The notes under the pieces: generated by a model
What the model was told of the DNA's origin: nothing
Seen by the model: the letters and a program-made list of their open reading frames with translations, nothing else
Database searches by the model: none
IMG/VR virus record: IMGVR_UViG_3300032216_000683
Location: 1-37,722 of that record
Origin: a virus
Lineage: Duplodnaviria; Caudoviricetes
DNA length: 37,722 bases
Strand: one strand, 5' to 3'
In this document: positions 25,949 through 35,520 of the stretch, piece after piece
Numbering within the stretch: the stretch's first letter is position 1
How the letters are laid out: the number at the start of each line of letters is the position of its first letter
Made by a program: the position numbers and the translations under genes

Positions 25949-28900
25949 TTATACCGTTGTATTAGTATTTGATGGTAAAGCCAAAGCACGAATGTCTGTT
26001 AAGTATGGTACATAAGTGTGATCAGAAGAAGTTAATACCACTTTAATAGCAAATTGACTAAATGTGGTGTAAACTTGACCTGTTGTACTTGTGTAAGATA
26101 CAAAGCCTTGGTCTGTACCTGTTGTTCCTGGAGCAAAAGTATACTCAATAGTATTATCTCTTGTTTGAGAATAAGCAGTACCGGAGTTATTAATCTTAGT
26201 CATTAATTGCCAAGAACTATCTTCAAATCGTTGTGTGTCATTACGATTGAGAATCTTGTAGTATACATTGATGTCAGTATTAACTGGTCGGTAAGCAGTA
26301 AGGTATACATTCAAATCACCAGAATCAAATCCTTGATCCAATACAACTTTCTTGGTGACATAACGAGCAAGAGCATTACCACCAGTTTTAGATGTTTCAC
26401 CAGTTATTGATACATTGGCACCTGAACCTGGAGTGGTGTTTGCGTCATTGATTGTAATTGTTGGTGTTGCAATATATCCTGAACCACCGGATGTAACATA
26501 AACAGAAACTACGTTGCCGTTTTGTACGTTAGCTGCCGCATATGCTTGTACACCGCCTGTACCTGTTGGTGCAGAAATAGAAACTGTTACGTTACCGGTC
26601 GTATTATTACTATAACCTGTACCGCCATTGACTAAAGTGATTACAGAGTTTGACAATTCACAGTTATTAATATTCCATCTAATTGCATAAACGGATAAAC
26701 CAGCGTCAGAAACGATTGGAGAAACTGCATTATCAAATGTACTTAACTGTGCGTATAATGAGAATGATTGATTTGTATTGGCCAACAATATACGTTCACC
26801 ATTGCCGTCATTTAAATAAATATCATCTTGGGTTGTTGTACCAAATTTGCCAGGAATAATATTTGTTGTGCCTGCAGGTAGTCCAGTCGATGCTAAAGTG
26901 GCATTATAAGAATAGTTAATACCTGTTGTTGTAGGAGTAAAATCAGTTGTGGTAATATTAAATGCGTCAACATATACGTCAGTATTGGCAAAACTGCTAA
27001 TTGCAGATGAAACGTTATTTGCATTTAAGAAATAATCTAAACTTTGATCAACCAAAGCACGGTATGGTAATTTCTTAGGTAAAACATATTGTATTGTTGG
27101 AGTAACCGATGTGTTGAATACACAACGATCAATTACAAACATTAAATCTTGATTTTGATCAGCAGTCCATGTTTGAGAATTTTGTGATAAAAACAAAGCG
27201 CCAACATATGGAGCAGAACCAATTTTGGTAATTGTTGATGGTGATGGATCACTCGGTAGATTCTTAACCGAAGATGGCAAAGCAACATCGCCATTTGAAG
27301 CAGACCATAATGTATATTCAGTTGAAGATGTTTGTAACATGAAAGCATACAATACACCTGGTTGAATATAAACCGGAGCACTAAATTTAAATACTGTTGA
27401 TGCTGTTTTATCCAAATATTGTGGAGCAGTAGAAACATTAACTGCCTCTGGAGTTAAAATAACAACAGAATGATCTAATGTTTGTCCATTTGGATAACCA
27501 TTTTGTGTACCTACAATAGACAGTTTAATTGGTGCATCCGATGAGGTTGGTTTTGAAGCAAAAAATACTGAAATAGAATTTAAAAATAAACCATTTGGAT
27601 AATTATCTTTAGGGAAGATAAATGTTTGTGCCACAGGATCCCATGGAGAATAAACTGTTGTAATATTCGTGGTTGTCTGTTGATTGGTTTGTGTAAATGT
27701 GCCTTTAGCACCTGATGGTGAAGCACCAAAATCTATTCCTTGTGAAGTTGTTTGTAGACCTTCTGAATAGAAAGTACCTTCAGCAACTGTAGTGGCAGCA
27801 CCACCCGCATTACCATATGAATTATCTACACGGAACACACGTTGGCCAGTATGGTAAGAATTGGCTGGCAAATTAAAGACGGCATGGAAAGCACCGTCAG
27901 GATTTGTGGTGAAACTACCAATCGAGTATATATCTCCATTCGCTGTAGAAAGCGTTGTGGACAATGTTGCTACTTTGGTTGTGCCGTTGTATGAAGAAAT
28001 CGTAGCAGACTGTCCTGCGCCTGTTCCTGCGCAAACATAAATGGTGTTACCTGAATAGATATCTGTTGAAGAAGATATTGGTGATAAGGTTACTTGGTTA
28101 CCACTTACATTTGAGAATCTACCAGCGTGTACTGTTGTTGATGAGAGTGTACCAGCTGCCGTATTTGCCGCATAGGTTCCAGAGGTATTAAAATATCCAT
28201 TTTGAATTATACCATTTGTGGTATAAGATGTTGATGAAGCATCAGCAGCTACATACAATCTTACTTTAGTACCATTTGTACCAGTATAAACATACACACC
28301 TAATATACGAGCTGTTGGATAAAAAACATTACTACTATAATAACCAATAACGTCATCTTCATTAAATATTCCGCTGACACCAGTTAATTCAATTCTATTG
28401 GCTCTACGAATATAATTATTGACTTTGATATTATCAAAATAACAATCAACAGGAGTATTTAATAACATACCTTTGGCACGAACCACAATTTGTTGTGGTC
28501 TTATAAATGGCAATACGGAAATGTCTGTAATATATCCATTGTTTAATGAATATGTATTACCAATTTGATCGTAAGGACCTAAAACATTAGTTTGTGCTTG
28601 AGTTATTGTTGAAGCTGTTTGTGTTGCAACATAACCAACAAACCCAAATGGTGAAGGATTAATATTATGTCCTACAACAGGACCAGTTGAAGAAGTTGTA
28701 GTAGTACCTGAAATTGTTTTCCAATCTCCTGCAGTCAACACATTAATGTTACCACTAGAACGGAATACTTGTAAATTTGGATCAGTAATCAACAATGAAG
28801 GTGCATAGTTTGTATCAACCCAATTATCAACGTTTGGTGATAGTGATGTTACACCTGTTGTTAATGAAACACCAAATGGATTAACATTAATGGTACGAGA

Positions 28901-31900
28901 AGCAAACACTTGTGAAGCGGCATTAGCAGTAGTATAAGGCAAACTAAAATAATTAACGTATCCATCAGAATTGAATTCAAAACCTAAGTTATAATTTCCT
29001 AAAGTTTTATAAATTAATCCCATATTGTACGCTAAAACGGATGATTTTAATGGGAAATTCTGAACACTTTGGCCAGCAGTTAACTGACGTTGACGGCGAT
29101 TAATGGTTGCATTATAATCAGGATTTAAAGTATCTGTTGTAGCATAGCTTGAAAAGTCATCAACTAAAATACCATTTTTAAAACGATTTACTCCATATGC
29201 ATCGGGAATTTGAAGGCCTGTGGCACTTTGTTCAAGAGCATTTAATGAAGTATAGTATTCAATTTGATTGATACGAGTTTCAAGACCAGCAATATCTTGC
29301 ATGGTGTAACGTTTGTGTTTAACTTTTTCAACTGACAAATCAGGAACAACACCTGATGGTGCTTCAGTTGGTACATAACCAGTATATGGAGTATGAGTTA
29401 AATTAGCAATTACCAATGAACCATCAGGTTCGGCCGGAAGAATTGGACTAAGAGAAGGATTACCTTGAACAATTTGTAAACTTCTATCTTTACTTAATAC
29501 CAATTTGTCTTTACGGCCAAGATAATATGAATACAGACCATAAAATGTACTTAAATCTGATGGTAAATAAATGCCTTGCATTGTATCAGATGTAGACAGA
29601 CGATATGTAAATGCTGTCTGAGCATTCTTACGAGCAGGCCTAAAGTCAATTACATCACGCAACTGATATAACATACCATCTTTAGCGTTATAAGAAGGTA
29701 TAGATTGATAAGTATCAGGTAAAGAAGAATTCAAATAAGATGTTACACAGAAGTAACCATCGCCACCTGCATGCTGGTAATAATTAACCAACACAAGCAT
29801 GTTACCTTTAATTGAAGGTGCACCAGGTCTTAATGTAAGTGAACCATGATCATAATAAGAATCTCTTTGACCAGAATCAAAATTAAAGTTAGCAGTAACA
29901 TCATAAGCTGCTGAACTTAACATTGCCGGTGTTGGTGCTAATGAAGGACTTCCAGTATCAATAATTTTTACAACAGTTTTGATATCAGACAGATATAAAT
30001 TTTGTTTACTTCCTGGTGATACAATTGCCGAGTTTTGAATGTATACCTGACCAGTAGAAGTTAAAGTAGTATCGTCAACATAAACTCCAGTAACAACTGC
30101 AGTATTTGAAGAATTAATTACCGTTGTATTGGCAGTAATTAAATTTTTATACTTTAATAAATGTCCAGAGTTATCAGCATTGACTGCGTAAACTTGTTCT
30201 AAAATAGATGCGGTAAATGTACCACCAGCATCAGCAGAAGTTACACTTAATGTGGCTACAGAGCCATCAGAATTTAATGAAGCTGTTCTAGATGCTCCAG
30301 TCCAAGTAAGAACTTGTCCAACATTAAATTTACATCCTGATCCTACCGAAGTAACAACAATAAAGAAATTTTGTTTAACAACATTTGAAGATAATGTTGT
30401 GCCTACGGTTCCAATGTGACGTAATACATTTAAATAACCGCCAGTAAAACTCAATTGAGCGGTATAAGAACCACTAGAAAGACCAAATGAAACACTTCTC
30501 CAGAGTTGTTGTGTTGTGTATGTTGTACCACTTAATGATGCAACATAAGGATTTCCGAGCCTAAACAACATTTCTGGAGCACCACCATTTTGCATAACTG
30601 TTAAACCAGTTGAAGTATTGTTTGCTTTACTTTCTGGATCAATAATGGCAGAAGCCGTAATTGTTGCTGGGTAAGAAGTTTTGGTAGCACCAACAATTAT
30701 TTGTGTGTCTTTGATACCAAAATTTAAAGAGAACACAGAAGTTGCATCTGGTGTTATTGACCAGTTTTGATTAACTGTTGCAACTTTAGTTACACCATTA
30801 TATGAAGTGATTGTTCTAAAATCTCCAGCATCTGTACCGTTAATAATAGAAATATTAACTCCAGCATAAGCATTATTTGCTGCAGAATAGGTTGCAGGTA
30901 AAGTTACAGTATTGGTGGTTGCAGCAACTACGTTTGCAGAGGGTGAAGATGTCTGAATATCATTAACATATGCTCTGTAAACATAAGTGTTTGATTGTGC
31001 ATCAATTGTATTGTGGTCATAAATTAATTCACGAACATAACCTGAACCAACTACTGTTGATGAATATGTTGCGGCATTCGTTGTGCTTACGTTTGCTACC
31101 GTAACACAATGTAAATCTACGTTTGCTGTGGTAGTTACATCAAAAATACCATTGGTACTATTAACATAAAAATAATTGCCAACATCGATGAAAACAGGAT
31201 TATTATTTTGTGAAGCGGTTGTTCTAGCACGGTCAGAAATCAAATCAACTGGTGTAGAGTTCTCTAAACGATATCCACGAACATAAGCAACTCCCTTACC
31301 AATACTCATTGTGTATTTGGCTGAGTTGCCTGCGTAGGATTTAGGAGTTAATTTAAAATCATTAACAACATAATCACCATTGGTTTCATAATCTCGCTTG
31401 GCAAAATAATCATCAATTACATTGTATACGGAACCGTCTACCAGTTTGGCAACAGAGCCATTAGTTACACGAACCAATTCAATAAAGTTTTGGTCGTCAC
31501 CTAAAGTTAATGGCCGGCTGGATAAAGTTAAACTAATTAAATACCGGTCTGCACCAGGTGCCTGATAGTTTGAAGCACCAACAGCAGGATCTAACAAAGA
31601 AGCATCATTAATATAATCTTCAACGGTTTCTGTAATAGTTAAACCAACTCGAGCATTGGCGCTTGAACTATACTTGTTTAATATAATAGTTGAAGGTTGA
31701 ATTTGTACAAAGTTACCTAGAACATAAAATACGCCTTGAGAAATAGAAGCAACAGAAGAAATTCCTGTTGAATTGGCAGTCAAAGCTTGAGCTGCTAAAT
31801 TGGAAGCAGTATCGTAAACTACTGAATTATCGGTAAAATGATTACCTGAAAGATAAGAAACAACTAAAGTAGGAGCGTCACCAGATGTTGCCGCTGCAAC

Positions 31901-32227
31901 GGCCAACACACGAGCCAATACTGTACCTGTTGCATCTGTTACCAACAGTCCATTAAATTTACTTACATCCACATTTACATTGGCGTATGTATCTTGAAGT
32001 TTAACATAATAACAATTAAAGTTGGTTGTTACTTGTCCACCAGTAACAGGCGAATTTTGTTTAAAAATGTTGTCAGCAAATTTGGTAATTTGGTCTTGTA
32101 AAATGGTTTGAGATTGAGTTAACTCTCTGGCCTGAACCGCAACTCCAGGTTTAAAAAGAATTCGATGAAAATTCTTTGTCTGATCAAAATCATCATAATA
32201 GGGAGATGTGTTAAAATTCAATGACAT
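25949..32227 (-). CDS. Large virion structural protein, VrlC/DUF4815-like
   Basis: PYYDDFD..FHRILFKPGVAVQARELTQSQ, APGADRY, KRYTMQDI..LETRI..IEYYTSL, RFKNGILVDDF, DPVAQTF, FAIKVVL. Confidence 0.9.
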   Translation of the reverse strand: MSLNFNTSPYYDDFDQTKNFHRILFKPGVAVQARELTQSQTILQDQITKFADNIFKQNSPVTGGQVTTNFNCYYVKLQDTYANVNVDVSKFNGLLVTDATGTVLARVLAVAAATSGDAPTLVVSYLSGNHFTDNSVVYDTASNLAAQALTANSTGISSVASISQGVFYVLGNFVQIQPSTIILNKYSSSANARVGLTITETVEDYINDASLLDPAVGASNYQAPGADRYLISLTLSSRPLTLGDDQNFIELVRVTNGSVAKLVDGSVYNVIDDYFAKRDYETNGDYVVNDFKLTPKSYAGNSAKYTMSIGKGVAYVRGYRLENSTPVDLISDRARTTASQNNNPVFIDVGNYFYVNSTNGIFDVTTTANVDLHCVTVANVSTTNAATYSSTVVGSGYVRELIYDHNTIDAQSNTYVYRAYVNDIQTSSPSANVVAATTNTVTLPATYSAANNAYAGVNISIINGTDAGDFRTITSYNGVTKVATVNQNWSITPDATSVFSLNFGIKDTQIIVGATKTSYPATITASAIIDPESKANNTSTGLTVMQNGGAPEMLFRLGNPYVASLSGTTYTTQQLWRSVSFGLSSGSYTAQLSFTGGYLNVLRHIGTVGTTLSSNVVKQNFFIVVTSVGSGCKFNVGQVLTWTGASRTASLNSDGSVATLSVTSADAGGTFTASILEQVYAVNADNSGHLLKYKNLITANTTVINSSNTAVVTGVYVDDTTLTSTGQVYIQNSAIVSPGSKQNLYLSDIKTVVKIIDTGSPSLAPTPAMLSSAAYDVTANFNFDSGQRDSYYDHGSLTLRPGAPSIKGNMLVLVNYYQHAGGDGYFCVTSYLNSSLPDTYQSIPSYNAKDGMLYQLRDVIDFRPARKNAQTAFTYRLSTSDTMQGIYLPSDLSTFYGLYSYYLGRKDKLVLSKDRSLQIVQGNPSLSPILPAEPDGSLVIANLTHTPYTGYVPTEAPSGVVPDLSVEKVKHKRYTMQDIAGLETRINQIEYYTSLNALEQSATGLQIPDAYGVNRFKNGILVDDFSSYATTDTLNPDYNATINRRQRQLTAGQSVQNFPLKSSVLAYNMGLIYKTLGNYNLGFEFNSDGYVNYFSLPYTTANAASQVFASRTINVNPFGVSLTTGVTSLSPNVDNWVDTNYAPSLLITDPNLQVFRSSGNINVLTAGDWKTISGTTTTSSTGPVVGHNINPSPFGFVGYVATQTASTITQAQTNVLGPYDQIGNTYSLNNGYITDISVLPFIRPQQIVVRAKGMLLNTPVDCYFDNIKVNNYIRRANRIELTGVSGIFNEDDVIGYYSSNVFYPTARILGVYVYTGTNGTKVRLYVAADASSTSYTTNGIIQNGYFNTSGTYAANTAAGTLSSTTVHAGRFSNVSGNQVTLSPISSSTDIYSGNTIYVCAGTGAGQSATISSYNGTTKVATLSTTLSTANGDIYSIGSFTTNPDGAFHAVFNLPANSYHTGQRVFRVDNSYGNAGGAATTVAEGTFYSEGLQTTSQGIDFGASPSGAKGTFTQTNQQTTTNITTVYSPWDPVAQTFIFPKDNYPNGLFLNSISVFFASKPTSSDAPIKLSIVGTQNGYPNGQTLDHSVVILTPEAVNVSTAPQYLDKTASTVFKFSAPVYIQPGVLYAFMLQTSSTEYTLWSASNGDVALPSSVKNLPSDPSPSTITKIGSAPYVGALFLSQNSQTWTADQNQDLMFVIDRCVFNTSVTPTIQYVLPKKLPYRALVDQSLDYFLNANNVSSAISSFANTDVYVDAFNITTTDFTPTTTGINYSYNATLASTGLPAGTTNIIPGKFGTTTQDDIYLNDGNGERILLANTNQSFSLYAQLSTFDNAVSPIVSDAGLSVYAIRWNINNCELSNSVITLVNGGTGYSNNTTGNVTVSISAPTGTGGVQAYAAANVQNGNVVSVYVTSGGSGYIATPTITINDANTTPGSGANVSITGETSKTGGNALARYVTKKVVLDQGFDSGDLNVYLTAYRPVNTDINVYYKILNRNDTQRFEDSSWQLMTKINNSGTAYSQTRDNTIEYTFAPGTTGTDQGFVSYTSTTGQVYTTFSQFAIKVVLTSSDHTYVPYLTDIRALALPSNTNTTV

Positions 32228-32236
32228 TTTATTCCT

Positions 32237-33628
32237 TTAAAAACCTAATACAAATTTAAATTGTTCTATTCCGTCTGTACTTCTTTGTATACCAGTTCTA
32301 TTTTCTATGAGTGTCAAATAACCAGAAGATGTTATAAAATCTGGATTACTAATTGATAATAAAGTTCTTGTTGTATTTGATACATTTCCAAAAACTGGAG
32401 CATTTTCTATTGGAGTTCCTGTTGTATTTATCAGCTTAACCACATTGCCTGCGGTATCAAAACTTAATATAGTTGCGGTAAAAGTTGCTGTTGCCAAACT
32501 GCCACCTTGATAAAGAATTTCATCAGTAACAAACACACCAAAACCAGGTGAAACCACAAAATCTGTTGTTGTTTTATATATTGCTGAATTTGCTGGATTG
32601 GGAGTTGTACTTTTTGCAACAGGATTAACCAATAAACCAATTTGATGGTACATTATGTCTGTAGGTATTACTCCACCTTCAGAACCAGTAAATTCAGAAA
32701 CCAACATTACATGAGAACATCCTAATTCAGACACAGGATCATAACCGTGACCAGAAACAGGAGATGTTGGCGCAATTGCAATTGTGTTGGATCCTAAATC
32801 TGATGTTATTGCTACAGAAGCATATGTATAATTTGATCCTGTATTTGTAACAACAACATCTTTGACCGATCCGTTAACTATTGTGGCGGTTCCCGTGGCT
32901 CCGGTTCCATCACCAGTTACCGTTACAGTAACTACAGCATTAGCAACATCATAACCAGAACCACCTTGTGGTACGTTTATTACATCTATATTGCCCACAC
33001 CAATTGCAGTAGTAGCTAATGGGTTTGGTGTGTTTTGACCGACAGGAACAGGAATCCAAGCAGAGTCCATAAATTTTACTTTTGAACCAATGTCAACAGT
33101 AAAGATATATTTCCATTTGTAACCATCTGTACTTTGAAAAATATTATTTGTATTATAAGAGCCTGGTTGAAAATACGGTTCAATTGTTGATGGAGTACCA
33201 ACATACGATCCATTAACTAAAGTTGAATTATTCCACAAACATTTGAATACTTGGTCGTATTTGTTTTTTACATAAAAATTAAGAATTAAATTTTCGTTAG
33301 AATCAACAGCAAACATATCAATATTATCTTGATAAAAATCATAGGTAAAACCAGAAGTCCAATCAATTCTTTTAATTACTGGAGAAATATTACCTGAGCT
33401 AATATATTTGGCTGCAAAGATTTTTTTATAAAATTGTTTTATGTATTGCTGGTCTTGAGTTGGTGTTGGAGGATTATTTTCATCTGTCCAAGGATCATTC
33501 TTGGCCAATACACAATACAAAGAAGAAAGTGGAATTGTTGACGGAGATACAACAGTAACCGGAGAATAATAAACAGATTCAACCTGAGAAACTTTTGAGC
33601 CGTAAGATAGTATTGATTTATATGCCAT
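32237..33628 (-). CDS. gp8: Baseplate wedge subunit
   Basis: VIKRIDWTSG, FYVKN..QVFKCLWN, DGYKWKYIF, GHGYDPVSELG, YLTLIENRTGIQRS...EQFKFVLGF. Confidence 0.9.
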   Translation of the reverse strand: MAYKSILSYGSKVSQVESVYYSPVTVVSPSTIPLSSLYCVLAKNDPWTDENNPPTPTQDQQYIKQFYKKIFAAKYISSGNISPVIKRIDWTSGFTYDFYQDNIDMFAVDSNENLILNFYVKNKYDQVFKCLWNNSTLVNGSYVGTPSTIEPYFQPGSYNTNNIFQSTDGYKWKYIFTVDIGSKVKFMDSAWIPVPVGQNTPNPLATTAIGVGNIDVINVPQGGSGYDVANAVVTVTVTGDGTGATGTATIVNGSVKDVVVTNTGSNYTYASVAITSDLGSNTIAIAPTSPVSGHGYDPVSELGCSHVMLVSEFTGSEGGVIPTDIMYHQIGLLVNPVAKSTTPNPANSAIYKTTTDFVVSPGFGVFVTDEILYQGGSLATATFTATILSFDTAGNVVKLINTTGTPIENAPVFGNVSNTTRTLLSISNPDFITSSGYLTLIENRTGIQRSTDGIEQFKFVLGF

Positions 33629-33634
33629 AGTGTG

Positions 33635-33642
33635 TATTTATT
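33635..33642 (-). promoter_or_regulatory. Late promoter variant AATAAATA 6 nt before the gp8 ATG
   Basis: 7/8 match to consensus, fully intergenic. No SD. Confidence 0.6.
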
Positions 33643-33644
33643 CG

Positions 33645-35513
33645 TTAATTTCCAACTCTCATTAATCCCCAATTCAATACAATCGCATCTGAGTGTGATG
33701 AACCGCCTCCTGAATCAGAATTATATACAGAAATATTAAAACTACCAACAGCAACTCCACCAACACAAACTTGATATGGATTCGGTGTTGTTACTGAATT
33801 TTGTACTGCAACAAAAGGTATATCATTAACATGTTTAACATAACTGTTATTGACTGTGAAAGTTACATATGCTTGACCAGCTAATGCAGCGTTGTTCATT
33901 GTAATTTGACCAGTAATGCCATTGGCTGTGACTGCCGTAGATTTACTACTCAACTGAGTAACCATTGAATTGGCAGTAGCAGAAGCATACACAAAAGTAT
34001 TTGCAATAGTTGTATTTGTATTTAAAACACCAGTAGTATCATTGATACTAATTGTATTACTTGATGTAATATTATTAGCAAAAGCATACAACAATGAACC
34101 ATCTTTGCGGCCATATGCTTGACGTAATTGATTTTGAATAAACAATTTACCTTGTGTTGCATCACTTAAAATAACTCTACCTAATTGAACAACAGTATTT
34201 GAATTACCAGATAGTGGTGCCACATTAGAAGCAACGCCTGGAGTTGTAGATAAGAAAAGAATATCTCCGTTTTGGCCAAGACCAGTTGAATTTATATCTT
34301 CAACAATACCTTGTGAATAAGCAAAACCATATGCACCATTGGCGATTGCAATTTTAACAAAACCAGCAACTGTTGCATTAGCTGAACTGGTAGCATCGGC
34401 CAAAGCAAGATATGGAATGTTATTTGTTGTAACTCCGGGTGTCAAACGAATAAATGAGTTAGCAGGAATTGTTGCACCAGTAGAATTAAATCCACGGAAG
34501 AAAAGAACTTTAGAGATAGAAAGTCTATCACCAGGAATATCTGTATCCAAAATCAACGACTGTGTATTACCATAGTACCATAACTGTGCAACCTGTTGCT
34601 GGATAGCACCGGCTTGCGTAGTCCAAAGAATAGAATTGGATTGAGTAGTTGTTGTGGTCACATTCGAAAAGAAGATATTACCTAACAAAGTATTGGCAGT
34701 AAGATTGCCCAACACAACCAAGTTTTTACTAAATGTGGCGGTGTTTGATGTAACGTTATCAAATGAAACTCTAGTGCCAACTGTATTAGCAATAAGGTTA
34801 CCCGTTACTGTAATATTATTTACTGTAATAGTTGAAGTGTTTTGAATTGCTGAATTGGCTTTATCAAAAGCGGATTGAGTATAAGCACTTGGAGCTGCCG
34901 CAGTATTTTGAGTTGTGCCATCAGTAAAGTAAATTGGATGACCATTGATCATTTTAAGGCCATCAGCAGTAACTTTAAAGACTACGTTAGCTGCACCGTT
35001 ACCGCCACCAATAAACTTAATTTCAGTATTTGCTGTTGTTGTACCGATTGTTAAGTTTCCGCCTAGACCGCCAGGAGAATTAATTGCACCACCTTGAACG
35101 TACAAATAACCATCTAGTGGATAAATTGAAGTGCCTAAATTATTAAATTCTAATCCTGGAACTACTTTCTTATTTGCAAAACCCATATCAATAAAATAAG
35201 TAGAATCGGAACCACCAGAACCAACGTTAGCCGTTACAACAAGATCGGCAGTACCACCATCATTAGTATTAACCAAATTAGTTTGAATGTAGGACTCACC
35301 ACTTAAAGAAAACTGTGCAATAGTGTTGGGTAAATTCTGTTGATTTACCCCAACATTTAAAATATTATTGGCAAATAACTGTTGTGCTAGAGTAGTTGCT
35401 GTAAATTTACCGGTAAGGCTTGAAGGGATATCAACACCTAGAAATAAAGTATTTGAAGTATTAGCTGCAATTGAAGGCAGATTGGCTAATTGTGAAATTT
35501 TTATAGTGCTCAT
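33645..35513 (-). CDS. Fibre-like structural protein between gp7 and gp8
   Basis: MSTIKISQL start, IYFTDGTTQNTAA motif, C-terminal domain related to that of ORF 5277-6449. Confidence 0.7.
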   Translation of the reverse strand: MSTIKISQLANLPSIAANTSNTLFLGVDIPSSLTGKFTATTLAQQLFANNILNVGVNQQNLPNTIAQFSLSGESYIQTNLVNTNDGGTADLVVTANVGSGGSDSTYFIDMGFANKKVVPGLEFNNLGTSIYPLDGYLYVQGGAINSPGGLGGNLTIGTTTANTEIKFIGGGNGAANVVFKVTADGLKMINGHPIYFTDGTTQNTAAAPSAYTQSAFDKANSAIQNTSTITVNNITVTGNLIANTVGTRVSFDNVTSNTATFSKNLVVLGNLTANTLLGNIFFSNVTTTTTQSNSILWTTQAGAIQQQVAQLWYYGNTQSLILDTDIPGDRLSISKVLFFRGFNSTGATIPANSFIRLTPGVTTNNIPYLALADATSSANATVAGFVKIAIANGAYGFAYSQGIVEDINSTGLGQNGDILFLSTTPGVASNVAPLSGNSNTVVQLGRVILSDATQGKLFIQNQLRQAYGRKDGSLLYAFANNITSSNTISINDTTGVLNTNTTIANTFVYASATANSMVTQLSSKSTAVTANGITGQITMNNAALAGQAYVTFTVNNSYVKHVNDIPFVAVQNSVTTPNPYQVCVGGVAVGSFNISVYNSDSGGGSSHSDAIVLNWGLMRVGN

Positions 35514-35520
35514 TCTTTAC

